64,000 nucleotides of DNA from Thermodesulfobacteriota bacterium (GCA_040755455.1 JBFMAY010000004.1:1-64000); one strand, 5' to 3'. Counted from the stretch's first letter, positions 21,055 through 33,413 are shown. Numbers and translations: made by a program. The notes: generated from the letters alone by a model not told the origin.

Positions 21055-22627
21055 ACTTCTTCTGCAGGCAGAGACAGAGATCCCGCATTCCCTGATGGTC
21101 CAGCTTAATGAGGTGATCAGGAAAAGCATCGGCCTCTATTTCCCGGAAAACCGCTGGCCGGAGCTGCAACGAAAGATCATGATGATGGGACGGGATCTGA
21201 ACCTTGGCGACGCGACAACCACAGTGCAATGGCTGCTTGAACACCCCCGGCAGCGGAAGCGTGAAGATCTGCTGACCTGCTATCTCACCATTGGTGAAAC
21301 TTTTTTTTTCCGTGATCAGGAGGTATGGAACCTCCTGCGACAGACCATCATACCTGAAAGGATGGCGGCAAAAACGGGAAATGACCGGCAGTTAACGCTC
21401 TGGAGCGCCGCCTGCTCTTCCGGTGAAGAGCCTTATTCCATCGCCATGACTGTCGCTCAGGTTCCTGCTCTCGAAGATTGGGATGTCACCATCCTGGCCA
21501 CTGATATCAATAAAGACTTCATTGCCAAGGCAAAGAAAGGACACTACAGCAAATGGTCTTTCCGCAACATGAATTCGTGGCATGTCTCCAGGTACTTCAA
21601 CAAAATAAACGACAACTGCTACAGCATCTCACCCGCCCTGAAAAAAACGGTTACCTTCCTGCAGCTTAATCTGGCGGGCAACAATTATCCCTCCGGTATG
21701 AATCACACCCTTGGAGTCGATGTCATCTTCTGCCGCAATGTGCTCATGTACTTTCCTCCAAAACTGCGGGAGAACGTCATAAATCGTCTCTGCATGGGTT
21801 TGAACCCAGACGGCTGGCTGCTGCTTGCCGCCAGTGAGATAGGTTTTATCGATCATCCCGGACTCACCGGAGAACAGGTGGACGGGGTGCATTTGTTCCG
21901 CAAACAGGACGGACCCCATACCGACCGGGGCAGGAGATATTTTCAGCCGGCCTCCAGCCAGACAGTATCGGTGCCGCCGACCAATCATGGCAACAGGAAA
22001 AAGCCTACGCGCTCTTCTTCGACAGCGCAGGTTCAGACAGGGCAACAGAAACTGTCGCAGGCGAAAGTTATGCCTCCGGGTGGAAAAACGATTGCAAATG
22101 AAAAAACTGCCTCTCTTATGGAGCAATATCAAACGGCAGATAAACTTTTTCAGGACAGATGCTATGAAGAGGCCCGGACCAAACTGCAGGAGCTGCTGGC
22201 CGATGATGGCCTGCAGAATGCTGAGCATTTCAAAACCAAAGTCCTGGCCCTGTTGGCCAGGGTTCATGCCAATGAAGGCAAGCTGGCCGAAGCCAGGAGC
22301 CTTGGCGAACAGGCAATCGCCCAGGATAAGCTGAATACCGGTTATTATTATTTTCTGGCCACGGTCTGCCAGGAACAGGGGGAAAAGCAGGAGGCGATCA
22401 GATTACTCAAGCAATCCCTGTACCTTGACCACGACTTTGTTCTGGCCCACTTCCAGCTGGCCAGCCTGGTGACCGATCAGGCAGAGGCGAAAAAATATCT
22501 CAAAAACACCCTCTCTCTCCTGAGCTCTCTTCCGTCAGATGAGGTTCTTTCCGGCGCAGACGGACTGACGGCCGGCCGGCTTAGAGAAACTACCCAGTCA
22601 ATGCTGGAACGAATGGTGACAGATTAA
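21047..22627 (+). CDS. cheR: CheR methyltransferase with C-terminal TPR domain (WspC/FrzF type)
   Basis: TIGETFFFRD, WSAACSSGEEPYSIA, ILATDIN, IFCRNVLMYF; C-terminal TPR-like helices (SLYLDHDFVLAHF). Confidence 0.92.
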   Translation: MDKLLLQAETEIPHSLMVQLNEVIRKSIGLYFPENRWPELQRKIMMMGRDLNLGDATTTVQWLLEHPRQRKREDLLTCYLTIGETFFFRDQEVWNLLRQTIIPERMAAKTGNDRQLTLWSAACSSGEEPYSIAMTVAQVPALEDWDVTILATDINKDFIAKAKKGHYSKWSFRNMNSWHVSRYFNKINDNCYSISPALKKTVTFLQLNLAGNNYPSGMNHTLGVDVIFCRNVLMYFPPKLRENVINRLCMGLNPDGWLLLAASEIGFIDHPGLTGEQVDGVHLFRKQDGPHTDRGRRYFQPASSQTVSVPPTNHGNRKKPTRSSSTAQVQTGQQKLSQAKVMPPGGKTIANEKTASLMEQYQTADKLFQDRCYEEARTKLQELLADDGLQNAEHFKTKVLALLARVHANEGKLAEARSLGEQAIAQDKLNTGYYYFLATVCQEQGEKQEAIRLLKQSLYLDHDFVLAHFQLASLVTDQAEAKKYLKNTLSLLSSLPSDEVLSGADGLTAGRLRETTQSMLERMVTD

Positions 22628-22628
22628 C

Positions 22629-23147
22629 ATGAACAAGCAACATGATATCCTCCGGAAACGGGCCAGGGAACTGGCCAGGCCGCTGAAGGACAAGGAGCAG
22701 GATAGCGACGTCCTGAAAATTGTCGAATTCCAGCTGGGCGGTGAGATCTACGGCCTGGAGCTTGACCATGTCCTTGAAGTTTACCCTCTCAGGGAGCTGA
22801 CGCCGATACCGGGCGTCCCGTCCTTTGTCCAGGGGATCATTAATGTCCGGGGGCAGATTGTTTCAGTGATCGATCTGAAAATCTTTTTCGAAATGAATTC
22901 CGAAGAATTAACTGACAGCACCAGTGTGATTATCCTGCAGTCAAAAAAGATGGAATTCGGCATCCTGGCCGATGCGATTGTCGGCGTAGACGCCATTCCC
23001 AAAAAAGAGATCTTGCCCTCTCTTCCCACTCTTACCGGAATCAGGGCTGATTTTCTGAAAGGTGTCAGCAAGGAACGGCTGGTCATCCTTGATGGGGCTC
23101 AACTGCTTGCGGATACCCGGCTGATTGTCGATGAAGAAGTACTCTGA
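22629..23147 (+). CDS. cheW: CheW adaptor (second)
   Basis: ILRKRARELARP, FQLGGEIYG, TPIPGVPSFVQGIINVRGQIVSVIDL. Confidence 0.92.
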   Translation: MNKQHDILRKRARELARPLKDKEQDSDVLKIVEFQLGGEIYGLELDHVLEVYPLRELTPIPGVPSFVQGIINVRGQIVSVIDLKIFFEMNSEELTDSTSVIILQSKKMEFGILADAIVGVDAIPKKEILPSLPTLTGIRADFLKGVSKERLVILDGAQLLADTRLIVDEEVL

Positions 23148-23221
23148 ACCGGTTTATGAGGCTGCTAGCCAGCAAGTCCTGGAAAAAGCTATAAAGAGTG
23201 CGCGGCATGAACATTTTGGAG

Positions 23222-23324
23222 TAAGCCGTTGTAAAAAAAATGTAAATCGCAATACTGTGACTGGCATAAGGGGCCCGTACGGGAATGGTTGGCAATGTAA
23301 TGGTTATTTCGTAACGGCCCCTAA
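23222..23324 (+). repeat. Dispersed ~105 bp element, copy 3 (most diverged)
   Basis: taagccgttgtaaaaaaaa...ggcataaggggcccgtac...gttatttcgtaacggcccctaa, immediately before the MCP RBS. Confidence 0.8.
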
Positions 23325-23345
23325 ATATCAGGAGGAAAATTAAGT

Positions 23346-25388
23346 ATGAGACAGATTATAACAGTGAACCTGATGCGGCAGATGATTTTCTTTTATATCA
23401 CCGGAGCAATGTTTGCCATCGGAGTTGTTGCTGCCACGACCTTCACTTATTCCAAGATTTGTCTGGAAAAAAACTTCTTCAGGCAACTTTCCGCAGTCAA
23501 TGAAATCAAAAGGAAGCAGATTCTGGATTATCTGCATGACAGAAGCGATGATCTGAATATTTTAGCCCAATCCGTGGATATCACTAGTTCTTTTGACAAA
23601 CTCAAAAAATATCATGATGCGGGCGGCGGTGATCCGACCGGTGATTACGACATCAGCACGGCTGAATACAAAAAGATTTACACTGAAATCGACCCCTATT
23701 TCCGCAAATATATTAACGCCTATGGCTATGCCGACATGTATTTCATCTGTGCCGCCCACGGACACGTCATGTACACGGTATTGCGCAAGGGGGATCTCGG
23801 CACCAATCTCAAGGTCGGTCCCTTGCATGAATCAGGCCTTGGGCAACTCTGGTCCAGAGTAGTCAACGAGAAAAAAACCGTGCTGGTCGATTTTTCCCAA
23901 TATAATCCGCTTAATAACAAAGCAGCCATCTTTATCGGCACTCCGGTATTTAATGAAGCTGGAAACTTATCCGCTGTTCTGGCCATGCAGCTCAACATTG
24001 ATCAAATCAATCAGATCATGCAGGAAAAAACAGGCATGGGAAACAGTGGTGAAACCTACCTGGTAGGCAATGATTTTCTCATGCGCTCCGACTCCCGCTT
24101 GCACGACAATCCGACCCTTCTGCAGCAGCTGGTAAAAACCGAAGCGGTCAACAGGGGTCTGCAGCATAATTTCGGCGAGGCGATCACCACCAATTATCGA
24201 GAAGATGCAGTATTAAGCAGCTTCAGTCATGTAGGTCTTAATGAACAGCTGGATGCAAACTTTGACTGGGTCATCGTATCGGAAATCACCAAAAGCGAAG
24301 CCTTCGCACCGATCAAGAGCCTGGCCGTAAAAACCGCCTGGCTTGCCCTGGGCCTGGTTGCCCTGTCAAGCCTGGTCGGCTTCTCCATTGCCAAAGCAAT
24401 CGTCAAACCCCTTGCCCATATGTCGGACATACTTACCCGCGTTTCCAAAGGTGATCTGACCGTCACCGTTGAACGGACAAAACGGCAGGATGAAGTCGGA
24501 ATGTTGATGAATGCGACGTATCACATGGTCGACACCCTGCGCAGCCAGGTGGAGAAAGTAAGGGAGGGTACCGACCGGCTTGCCGCCTCCATCACGGAAA
24601 TATCCTCTTCGGTGGCCCAGCTTGCCACCAGTTCAACGGAAACATCAACCACCATCGTCGAGGTGGGCAGCACCCTGGAAGAGGTGCGCCATACGGTGCA
24701 GCTCTCCGACACCAAGGCCAAGCAGGTGGCCGAGCAGGCCAGCCAGGCCAGTCAGATATCCATGGCCGGCAAACGGGCCTCGGAAGAGGCCGTGGAAGGT
24801 ATGAAAAAGATTAACGAGGAAATGGAATATGTCGCTGAAAGTATCATCCGTCTCAGCGAACAGACCCAGAATATCGGAGAAATCATTGGGGCCGTGAACG
24901 ATATTACTGACCAGTCCAACCTCCTGTCGGTCAACGCCGCCATCGAGGCGGCCAAGGCCGGAGAGTATGGCAAGGGATTTGCCGTTGTGGCCCAGGAGGT
25001 AAAAAGTCTGGCTGAACAGTCCAAAGAGGCCACCAGCCAGGTTAGGGCCATTCTCAATGACATCCAGAAGGCAACCAGCGCTGCGGTAATGGCCACGGAA
25101 CGGGGCAGCAAGGCGGTGAAAGCGGGTATGAATCTGACTGGCGAAGCAGGAGAAACCATTGCCACGCTTGAGACCACCATGGCCGAATCCTCCCAGACTG
25201 TCAGCCAGATCAACGCCTCCAGCCATCAGCAACTGGTCGGCATGGATCAGCTGGTCCTGGCCATGGAAAACATCAAGGACGCCACGGCGCAGAACGTCGA
25301 CAGCACCAAACAACTTGAAAACGCAACCCAGGATCTTGATGAGCTGGCCCGCAGTCTCAAAATGATTGCGGAAAGGTTTACGGTATAA
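23346..25388 (+). CDS. Methyl-accepting chemotaxis protein (Cache-type periplasmic domain, HAMP)
   Basis: Two TM segments; HAMP (RQDEVGML); [46 protein letters not shown]. Confidence 0.95.
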   Translation: MRQIITVNLMRQMIFFYITGAMFAIGVVAATTFTYSKICLEKNFFRQLSAVNEIKRKQILDYLHDRSDDLNILAQSVDITSSFDKLKKYHDAGGGDPTGDYDISTAEYKKIYTEIDPYFRKYINAYGYADMYFICAAHGHVMYTVLRKGDLGTNLKVGPLHESGLGQLWSRVVNEKKTVLVDFSQYNPLNNKAAIFIGTPVFNEAGNLSAVLAMQLNIDQINQIMQEKTGMGNSGETYLVGNDFLMRSDSRLHDNPTLLQQLVKTEAVNRGLQHNFGEAITTNYREDAVLSSFSHVGLNEQLDANFDWVIVSEITKSEAFAPIKSLAVKTAWLALGLVALSSLVGFSIAKAIVKPLAHMSDILTRVSKGDLTVTVERTKRQDEVGMLMNATYHMVDTLRSQVEKVREGTDRLAASITEISSSVAQLATSSTETSTTIVEVGSTLEEVRHTVQLSDTKAKQVAEQASQASQISMAGKRASEEAVEGMKKINEEMEYVAESIIRLSEQTQNIGEIIGAVNDITDQSNLLSVNAAIEAAKAGEYGKGFAVVAQEVKSLAEQSKEATSQVRAILNDIQKATSAAVMATERGSKAVKAGMNLTGEAGETIATLETTMAESSQTVSQINASSHQQLVGMDQLVLAMENIKDATAQNVDSTKQLENATQDLDELARSLKMIAERFTV

Positions 25389-25437
25389 ACAGTCACTGAC
25401 AATGCCTAAGAAACCTAGCCAAGCGAACTGAAAGCAC

Positions 25438-27822
25438 ATGGACGAACAAGAACTGCTCAGAAGACTCAGGGAAGCATTTAAGATGGAATCAGGGGAGAGG
25501 CTTGCCTCCCTTTCCACCCGTCTCATGGAGTTGGAGAAAACCGACAATGCGGAAAAATGCCAGGAAATCCTTGAAGTGGTGTACCGGGAGGCGCACAGCC
25601 TGAAAGGCGCGGCCCGTGCCGTCAACCTCACCGACATTGAGGCAATCAGCCAGACCATGGAAGGGGTTTTCGGCGCCATGAAACGGGGGGAAATCACTCC
25701 ATCCTCCACTGTTTTTGACACCATGCATGAGGTGGTGAGTTTTATTGAAAACATCCTGGCGACAGAGCAGCAAAGCGCCGGCAAGGATGAGTTGTCCGAC
25801 ATTCTTCAGCAGCTCGAAAGCCTCCATGCCGGGCAACCGGCATCAAGTCAGCCAAAGCCGTCCCCTGCCGCTGAACCTCCGTCAGTTGACGATACGGCCA
25901 AGCAGATAAAGGATACCATGGCCCCGCTGCTGCGAGAGCAGCCGGCCAAGCAGGCGCCGGATGGAGAAGATGCCGGTACCAAGGCCGAGGCAGTAACAAA
26001 AGAATCCCCCGGCAAATCGCCTCAGAAGTTGAAACCGGCGGTGGAAAATCCCCATTTAGGCAGCAGTGTCAGGATTTCCACCAGCAGACTTGACAAGCTG
26101 CTTCTCAAGGCTGAGGAGATGATTGGCGTAAAACTGAGCGCTTCCCAGGAAGTAAATGAACTGAAAAAGCTGTGCCACATCTTTGAACGCTGGCATAAAA
26201 AATGGGCGCGAAAGGATGCGCTGTTCAAGAGGTACCGCAAAGAGTTGTCAATAGAGAGAGAACAGGGGGATACAAGGAGCGCCGAGATTCAAAAATTTCT
26301 CGATTGGAATCGGGATTTCATCAATTCGATTTACAAGGACATCCGCTCTCTGGCTAAAACCGCCGAACTGAACCAGCGAATTCTCGACCGGAAGGTCAAT
26401 TATTTTCTGGAGGACATGAAACATGTCATCATGCTGCCCTGCTCCACGCTGTTTGCCCCCTTTCCCCGCATGGTGAGAGAACTTGGCAGGAGTCAGGGCA
26501 AGGAAATTGATCTGGACCTCAGAGGTGCTGAAATCGAAATCGACCGGCGCATTCTGGAGGAGCTGAAAGATCCCCTGGTGCATCTGCTGCGCAACTGTGT
26601 GGATCACGGCGTGGAAAAGCCCGAGGAGCGCCTGATGTTGAACAAGTCCGAACGGGGACGTATCTTCCTGCATATCAACCAGATCGAGGGTGGCAAGGTT
26701 GAAATAACCCTGGGGGATGACGGACACGGTATTGATCCGGACATGGTGCGTAAATCAGCGGTGAAAAGAGGTCTTATCTCGGCCGAGGATGCGGCAAAAC
26801 TGACGGAAAAAGAGGCCCAGGGCCTTATTTTCCACTCAGGCATGTCAACCGCCTCAAGCCTTTCCCAGATCTCGGGACGGGGGCTCGGCATGGCCATTTT
26901 CCTGGAAAGGGTGGAAAAACTGGGCGGACAGCTTGATTTTGCCAGCATACCTGGAAAAGGATCCTCATTTACCGTATGTCTTCCCCTGTCGCTGGCAACC
27001 TTCCGGGGCACGCTGGTGCAGGTTGCCGGCCAACTCTTTCTCGCCCCCAGTTCTCACCTTGTGGCTGTGCTGCATGTGAACGCCGCTTCCATCAGGACCG
27101 TCGAAAACAAGGCGACTATCACCTATGACGGTGACCCCCTTGCACTGGTGGATCTGGCCAACACCCTGCAGATGAATAAACCAGGCATCCGAAAAAAATC
27201 AAACAAAATCCAGGTGATGGTGCTTGGCACCTCAAAGAGACGAATAGGCTTTGAGGTTGATGAGGTGCTGGCTGAACAGGAAGTGCTGTTCAAGGAACTG
27301 GGGAAACAGCTGCTGCGAGTCAAAAATATCGCCGGCGCCACCATTCTCGGCACGGGTCAGGTGGTACCCATTCTCAATGTTCATGATCTGCTCAAATCCG
27401 CTGTCGGCACCGCCGGTGAGAGATTTGTCGGTTCGCGGATGAAAAAGGAGGAGCAGAAACCAAAATCGATCCTGGTGGTGGAAGATTCCATCACCTCACG
27501 CACACTGCTGAAAAGTATTCTGGAGGCATCGGGATATGTGGTCACAACCGCGGTTGATGGCGTCGACGGTTATACGAAACTCAAAACGCATGATATTGAT
27601 CTCGTATTATCGGATGTGGAAATGCCGCGCATGAACGGTTTTGAACTGACGGAAAAAATCAGGGCTGATGAAGCCATGGCCAAGATCCCTTTAATCCTCT
27701 GCACCAGTCTCGCCTCCAATGAAGACCGGGAACGGGGGATCCAGGTAGGAGCAAATGCTTATATCGTCAAAAGCAACTTTGACCAGAGTAACCTCCTCCA
27801 GGTGATTGAGAAACTGATATGA
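25438..27822 (+). CDS. cheA: Hybrid CheA-REC histidine kinase (WspE/FrzE type)
   Basis: Hpt REAHSLKGAA; HLLRNCVDHG, DDGHG, ISGRGLGM; CheW domain; C-terminal receiver (VVEDS, SDVEMP, YIVK). Confidence 0.95.
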   Translation: MDEQELLRRLREAFKMESGERLASLSTRLMELEKTDNAEKCQEILEVVYREAHSLKGAARAVNLTDIEAISQTMEGVFGAMKRGEITPSSTVFDTMHEVVSFIENILATEQQSAGKDELSDILQQLESLHAGQPASSQPKPSPAAEPPSVDDTAKQIKDTMAPLLREQPAKQAPDGEDAGTKAEAVTKESPGKSPQKLKPAVENPHLGSSVRISTSRLDKLLLKAEEMIGVKLSASQEVNELKKLCHIFERWHKKWARKDALFKRYRKELSIEREQGDTRSAEIQKFLDWNRDFINSIYKDIRSLAKTAELNQRILDRKVNYFLEDMKHVIMLPCSTLFAPFPRMVRELGRSQGKEIDLDLRGAEIEIDRRILEELKDPLVHLLRNCVDHGVEKPEERLMLNKSERGRIFLHINQIEGGKVEITLGDDGHGIDPDMVRKSAVKRGLISAEDAAKLTEKEAQGLIFHSGMSTASSLSQISGRGLGMAIFLERVEKLGGQLDFASIPGKGSSFTVCLPLSLATFRGTLVQVAGQLFLAPSSHLVAVLHVNAASIRTVENKATITYDGDPLALVDLANTLQMNKPGIRKKSNKIQVMVLGTSKRRIGFEVDEVLAEQEVLFKELGKQLLRVKNIAGATILGTGQVVPILNVHDLLKSAVGTAGERFVGSRMKKEEQKPKSILVVEDSITSRTLLKSILEASGYVVTTAVDGVDGYTKLKTHDIDLVLSDVEMPRMNGFELTEKIRADEAMAKIPLILCTSLASNEDRERGIQVGANAYIVKSNFDQSNLLQVIEKLI

Positions 27823-28871
27823 TAAAAGTCCTCCTTGTCGACGATTCCGCCACAACCGTTGAATTCCTCTCCGCCCTCCTGGATGCGGATGACGAACTCA
27901 GCGTAGTGGGCCGGGCCATGGATGGAGCGCAGGCAATCCGCATGATGACCCTGCTGCAGCCGGATGTCGTGGTGATGGATATTAATATGCCGAATATGAA
28001 CGGCTACGAGGCCACCATGAGGATACTCGCCATCCATCCGGTGCCCATTATCATCTGCAGCAACGTCTGGCAGCCGGGGGAGGTGGTCCGCACTTTTGAG
28101 GCAATTGAGGCGGGAGCTGTGACCGCCATTCCCAAGCCGCCCGGTCCGGGACATCCTGACTTTGGACGGCTGGCCAGCCAGTTTGTGCAGACCGTCAAAA
28201 CCATGGCCGAGATCCGGGTGGTGTGTCGCAAGCCATGGCAGCAGATGAGAAAAAACAGCCAGCAGGCTCCCCTATCCCAGATGGAGACGAAGATTGTTCC
28301 CAAGTTGCTTGCCATGGGCGCCTCAACCGGTGGACCGCCCGCCATCAAGGCCATCCTTGAAAGACTGAACAAAAAATTTCCCTTACCCATTGTTATTGTT
28401 CAGCACATCGCCGAAGGCTTTGCTGAAGGAATGGCGTCCTGGCTGGGCAAGAGCATATCATTACCAGTGAAGATAGCTGAGCATGAAGAACGGCTGCAGG
28501 ACGGTCATGTCTATCTTGCCCCAGCTGCCGTGCAGATGGGTGTTGCCAAGGGAAAAATCATCATCGATAAAACAGCCTGCGCGGAAAACGGCCTGCGGCC
28601 GTCAGTTTCGTTTCTGTTCCGTTCGGTGGCGGATGAATACGGCATGTATGGATTAGGGGTGCTGCTCACCGGCATGGGCAAGGACGGAGCCGCTGAACTG
28701 AAGGCATTACGGAAAAAGGGCGCCCTTACCATTGCTCAGGATGAGGCAAGCGCGGTGGTCAACGGCATGCCGGGGGAAGCGGTGAAACTCCAGGCCGCCA
28801 GCCATGTTTTGCCGCCGGTGGAAATAGCCAGGCTGCTCACCAAAGTGACACAACGTGTAATTCCATCATAA
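27819..28871 (+). CDS. cheB: Chemotaxis methylesterase REC-CheB
   Basis: N-terminal receiver; GASTGGP, VQHI, RPSVSFLF, LLTGMGKDGA. Confidence 0.95.
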   Translation: MIKVLLVDDSATTVEFLSALLDADDELSVVGRAMDGAQAIRMMTLLQPDVVVMDINMPNMNGYEATMRILAIHPVPIIICSNVWQPGEVVRTFEAIEAGAVTAIPKPPGPGHPDFGRLASQFVQTVKTMAEIRVVCRKPWQQMRKNSQQAPLSQMETKIVPKLLAMGASTGGPPAIKAILERLNKKFPLPIVIVQHIAEGFAEGMASWLGKSISLPVKIAEHEERLQDGHVYLAPAAVQMGVAKGKIIIDKTACAENGLRPSVSFLFRSVADEYGMYGLGVLLTGMGKDGAAELKALRKKGALTIAQDEASAVVNGMPGEAVKLQAASHVLPPVEIARLLTKVTQRVIPS

Positions 28872-28880
28872 GGATACAAT

Positions 28881-31154
28881 ATGCCACTTCCGCAAGATAC
28901 CCTGATCTTAATTGTCGAAGATAGCCTCACTCAAGCGGTGCAGTTGCAGTTTCTCCTTGAAAAAAACGGCTTTAAGGTGACATGCGCCCATAACGGCCGG
29001 CAAGGATTACAGAACGCCCGCAAGGAGAAACCGGCCGTCATTATCAGTGACATCGTCATGCCGGAGATGGATGGCTATGAATTATGCAGCAATATCAAGG
29101 CAGATGACACCCTGAAGGATGTGCCGGTAATTCTGCTCACCTCCCTGTCCAACCCAGAGGAGGTGATTAATGCCCTGGCCTGCAGCGCTGACAGCTTTGT
29201 CACCAAACCCTATGAAGAAAAATTCCTCCTTTCCCGCATCCGGCATATTCTGGTCAACCAGGAGATGCGCCGCAAGTCAACCAGCGAAAACGGCATCTGT
29301 ATTTTTTTCGCCGGCAAGTCCCATTACATCACATCAGACCTGACCCAGATCGTCGACCTCCTCGTGTCCACATACGAAAACGCGGTGGAAAGAAATGAGG
29401 AGCTGATGCGGATGCAGCTGGAATTAAAAAAGGCCAATGAAAATCTACAGGCGCTTTATCAGCAGAATGAGCTTCTTCTCTATCATGCCGGTGAGGGAAT
29501 TATCGGACTCGATGCGAAGGGGATCATCAGTTATGCCAATCCTGCGGCCGAAAAGATCCTGGCCTCCATGGAAAAGGAACTGGTCGGCTGTCACATCAAA
29601 CGCTTCATGTGTCATGAGGATACCCCTGCCTCGACCTGGGAAGAATCTCCCGTATACAACGTGCTCAGGAACTGTGGACAGCACCGGGACGAAAACGCAA
29701 TATTCAAGCGATTCAACAACGAAAAATTCCCGGTGGAATACACATGCGCCACGGTACACGGCGGCAGTAGTGCCTGCAGCGGAGGTGTCATGCTCTTTCA
29801 GGATATTTCGAAAAGGAAAGCAATGGAGCAAAAACTCCGCGAACTCGCCCATCACGACCCCTTGACCGGTCTGGCCAACCGCCGGGTGTATCAGGAGTTT
29901 GTTGACATGGAGCTTGATCGCTCCCTGAGACATAACCTGCAGATGGCCATCCTTTTCATGGATCTGGACAATTTCAAGCACATCAATGACAGCAAGGGAC
30001 ACGACGTGGGAGATCTTCTGCTGAAGAGTGTCGCCGAGCGGGTCAAAAAATGCGTTCGCAAGGAAGACCTTGTCGCCAGACTGGGCGGGGATGAGTTTGC
30101 CATTGTTCTTGTTGGAATCGAAAACCCGGAAAATGCGGCCCTGGTGGCCCAGAAAATTCTGGAAAAACTGGCGGTGCCCCATCAGTTGGCCGGGCATGAA
30201 ATAATCACCACCTTCAGCATCGGCATCGCCCTCTTCCCCATGAGCGGCAACACGGTGGAGGACATATGCAAGGCAGCCGACATTGCCATGTATTATGCCA
30301 AGGAGGACGGCAAGAATAACTACAAGTTCTTCGAACCGGAGATGCAAAGGTTGGCGCTGGAGCGGATGGGGCTGGAAAAGGATTTACGCATCAGTCTGCA
30401 GAACGAGGAACTGACCGTTCATTACCAGCCCCAGATTGAGATCAGCAGCGGGAAAATTGTCCGACTCCAGGCCCTGGTGCGCTGGCATCATCCCACCCAG
30501 GGACCGATCAGCCCCGGCCTTTTCATTCCCATCGCCGAGAAATGCGGCATCATCGGCCCGCTCGGTGAATGGACTCTCCGCACGGCCTGCCACACCAATG
30601 CGTTGTGGCACAAAAAATTCGGCTCCTCGTTTAAGATGATTATTGCCGTGAAGGTGTCCATGAAACAGCTGCGGAATAAAAATTTATGGGAAACCATTGA
30701 CACGATCCTGGCAACCACCGGGCTTGCGCCGGATCAGCTAGAAATTGAACTGACTGAAAGCGCCGTCATGAATGATCCGGAAACCACTATAAACCTGCTC
30801 AATAAAATCCATCAACTGGGCGTAAGGATTGCCATCGATGATTTCGGCACCGGTTATTCATCGTTGAATTATCTGCAACGCCTGCCCATCGATACCTTGG
30901 AAATTGACCTCTCCTTTGTGGCAAATATCGGGCACAGCGTTCACGATGAAACGATCATCAAGGCCATCATCTCCCTGGCGCACAACATGGACCTGCTGGT
31001 CACGGCCAAAGGAGTGGAAACAGAAGCGCAATACCTCTTCCTGAAGGAACACCAATGCGATCTCATGCAGGGCCATTATTTCATGAAGCCGTTGCCTGCT
31101 GATGAGGTGGAAAAGATGCTAATAAAACATACGGAACAGAACACCCTGCAATAG
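28881..31154 (+). CDS. REC-PAS-GGDEF-EAL protein (intact GGDEF, degenerate EAL)
   Basis: Receiver (VEDS, SDIVMP, TKP); PAS; HDPLTGLANR, MDLDNFK, RKED, RLGGDEF; EAL-like domain with QAL, IAIDDFGTGYSSL. Confidence 0.93.
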   Translation: MPLPQDTLILIVEDSLTQAVQLQFLLEKNGFKVTCAHNGRQGLQNARKEKPAVIISDIVMPEMDGYELCSNIKADDTLKDVPVILLTSLSNPEEVINALACSADSFVTKPYEEKFLLSRIRHILVNQEMRRKSTSENGICIFFAGKSHYITSDLTQIVDLLVSTYENAVERNEELMRMQLELKKANENLQALYQQNELLLYHAGEGIIGLDAKGIISYANPAAEKILASMEKELVGCHIKRFMCHEDTPASTWEESPVYNVLRNCGQHRDENAIFKRFNNEKFPVEYTCATVHGGSSACSGGVMLFQDISKRKAMEQKLRELAHHDPLTGLANRRVYQEFVDMELDRSLRHNLQMAILFMDLDNFKHINDSKGHDVGDLLLKSVAERVKKCVRKEDLVARLGGDEFAIVLVGIENPENAALVAQKILEKLAVPHQLAGHEIITTFSIGIALFPMSGNTVEDICKAADIAMYYAKEDGKNNYKFFEPEMQRLALERMGLEKDLRISLQNEELTVHYQPQIEISSGKIVRLQALVRWHHPTQGPISPGLFIPIAEKCGIIGPLGEWTLRTACHTNALWHKKFGSSFKMIIAVKVSMKQLRNKNLWETIDTILATTGLAPDQLEIELTESAVMNDPETTINLLNKIHQLGVRIAIDDFGTGYSSLNYLQRLPIDTLEIDLSFVANIGHSVHDETIIKAIISLAHNMDLLVTAKGVETEAQYLFLKEHQCDLMQGHYFMKPLPADEVEKMLIKHTEQNTLQ

Positions 31155-31244
31155 CTGAGTTCATGCTCTTTTTTCTTTTATCCACCTGCCCAGGCTGATA
31201 ACCAATCGGAAATCCGGCATCGTTTGCCCATCCTGCCCAAGCAA

Positions 31245-31350
31245 TAAGCCGTTGTAAATAAATAACATGGCCATCTGAATGCCCAGAACGGCATAAGGAA
31301 CCGTAACGAAATAGTCATAAAGAGACAAGTTATTTCGTAACGGCTCCTAA
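31245..31350 (+). repeat. Dispersed ~105 bp element, copy 4
   Basis: taagccgttgtaaataaataacatggccatctgaatgcccagaacggcataaggaaccgtaacgaaat...atttcgtaacggctcctaa. Confidence 0.85.
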
Positions 31351-32982
<1,632 letters not shown>

Positions 32983-32994
32983 ACCAAAGACAAT

Positions 32995-33408
32995 ATGGGG
33001 CAGGCATCTATGAATTCCATTTCGCTCGGCATCTACCTGCCCACCAAGGTTTTCTGGCGGGCTGACACGGTCGGAAAGATCATCGCGGAAGGACTGGAAG
33101 GGTATTTCACCCTGCTGCCCCGCCATGTCGATTATATCTCTGTTCTCGTGCCGGGGATCCTCACGGTGGAAGATAACACCGGCCATACCTTCTACTTTGC
33201 CGTTGATCATGGCTCCCTGGTCAAACTGGGGGGCAAGGTAAACATTTCCACCCGCAACTGCATCCAGGGGAAGGATTTCAGTTCACTGGCCGACATTGTT
33301 GCCACAGAGTTTCATCAGCTCGATGACCTTGAAAAAAAGGCCAGAACCGCCCTTGCCGGTCTGGAACATTCCATGCTCCGCCGTTTTGCGGAACTGAAAA
33401 AAAGATAA
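32995..33408 (+). CDS. atpC: N-ATPase epsilon subunit
   Basis: AEGLEGYFTLLPRHVDYISVLVPGIL; follows beta. Confidence 0.92.
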   Translation: MGQASMNSISLGIYLPTKVFWRADTVGKIIAEGLEGYFTLLPRHVDYISVLVPGILTVEDNTGHTFYFAVDHGSLVKLGGKVNISTRNCIQGKDFSSLADIVATEFHQLDDLEKKARTALAGLEHSMLRRFAELKKR

Positions 33409-33413
33409 CCATC

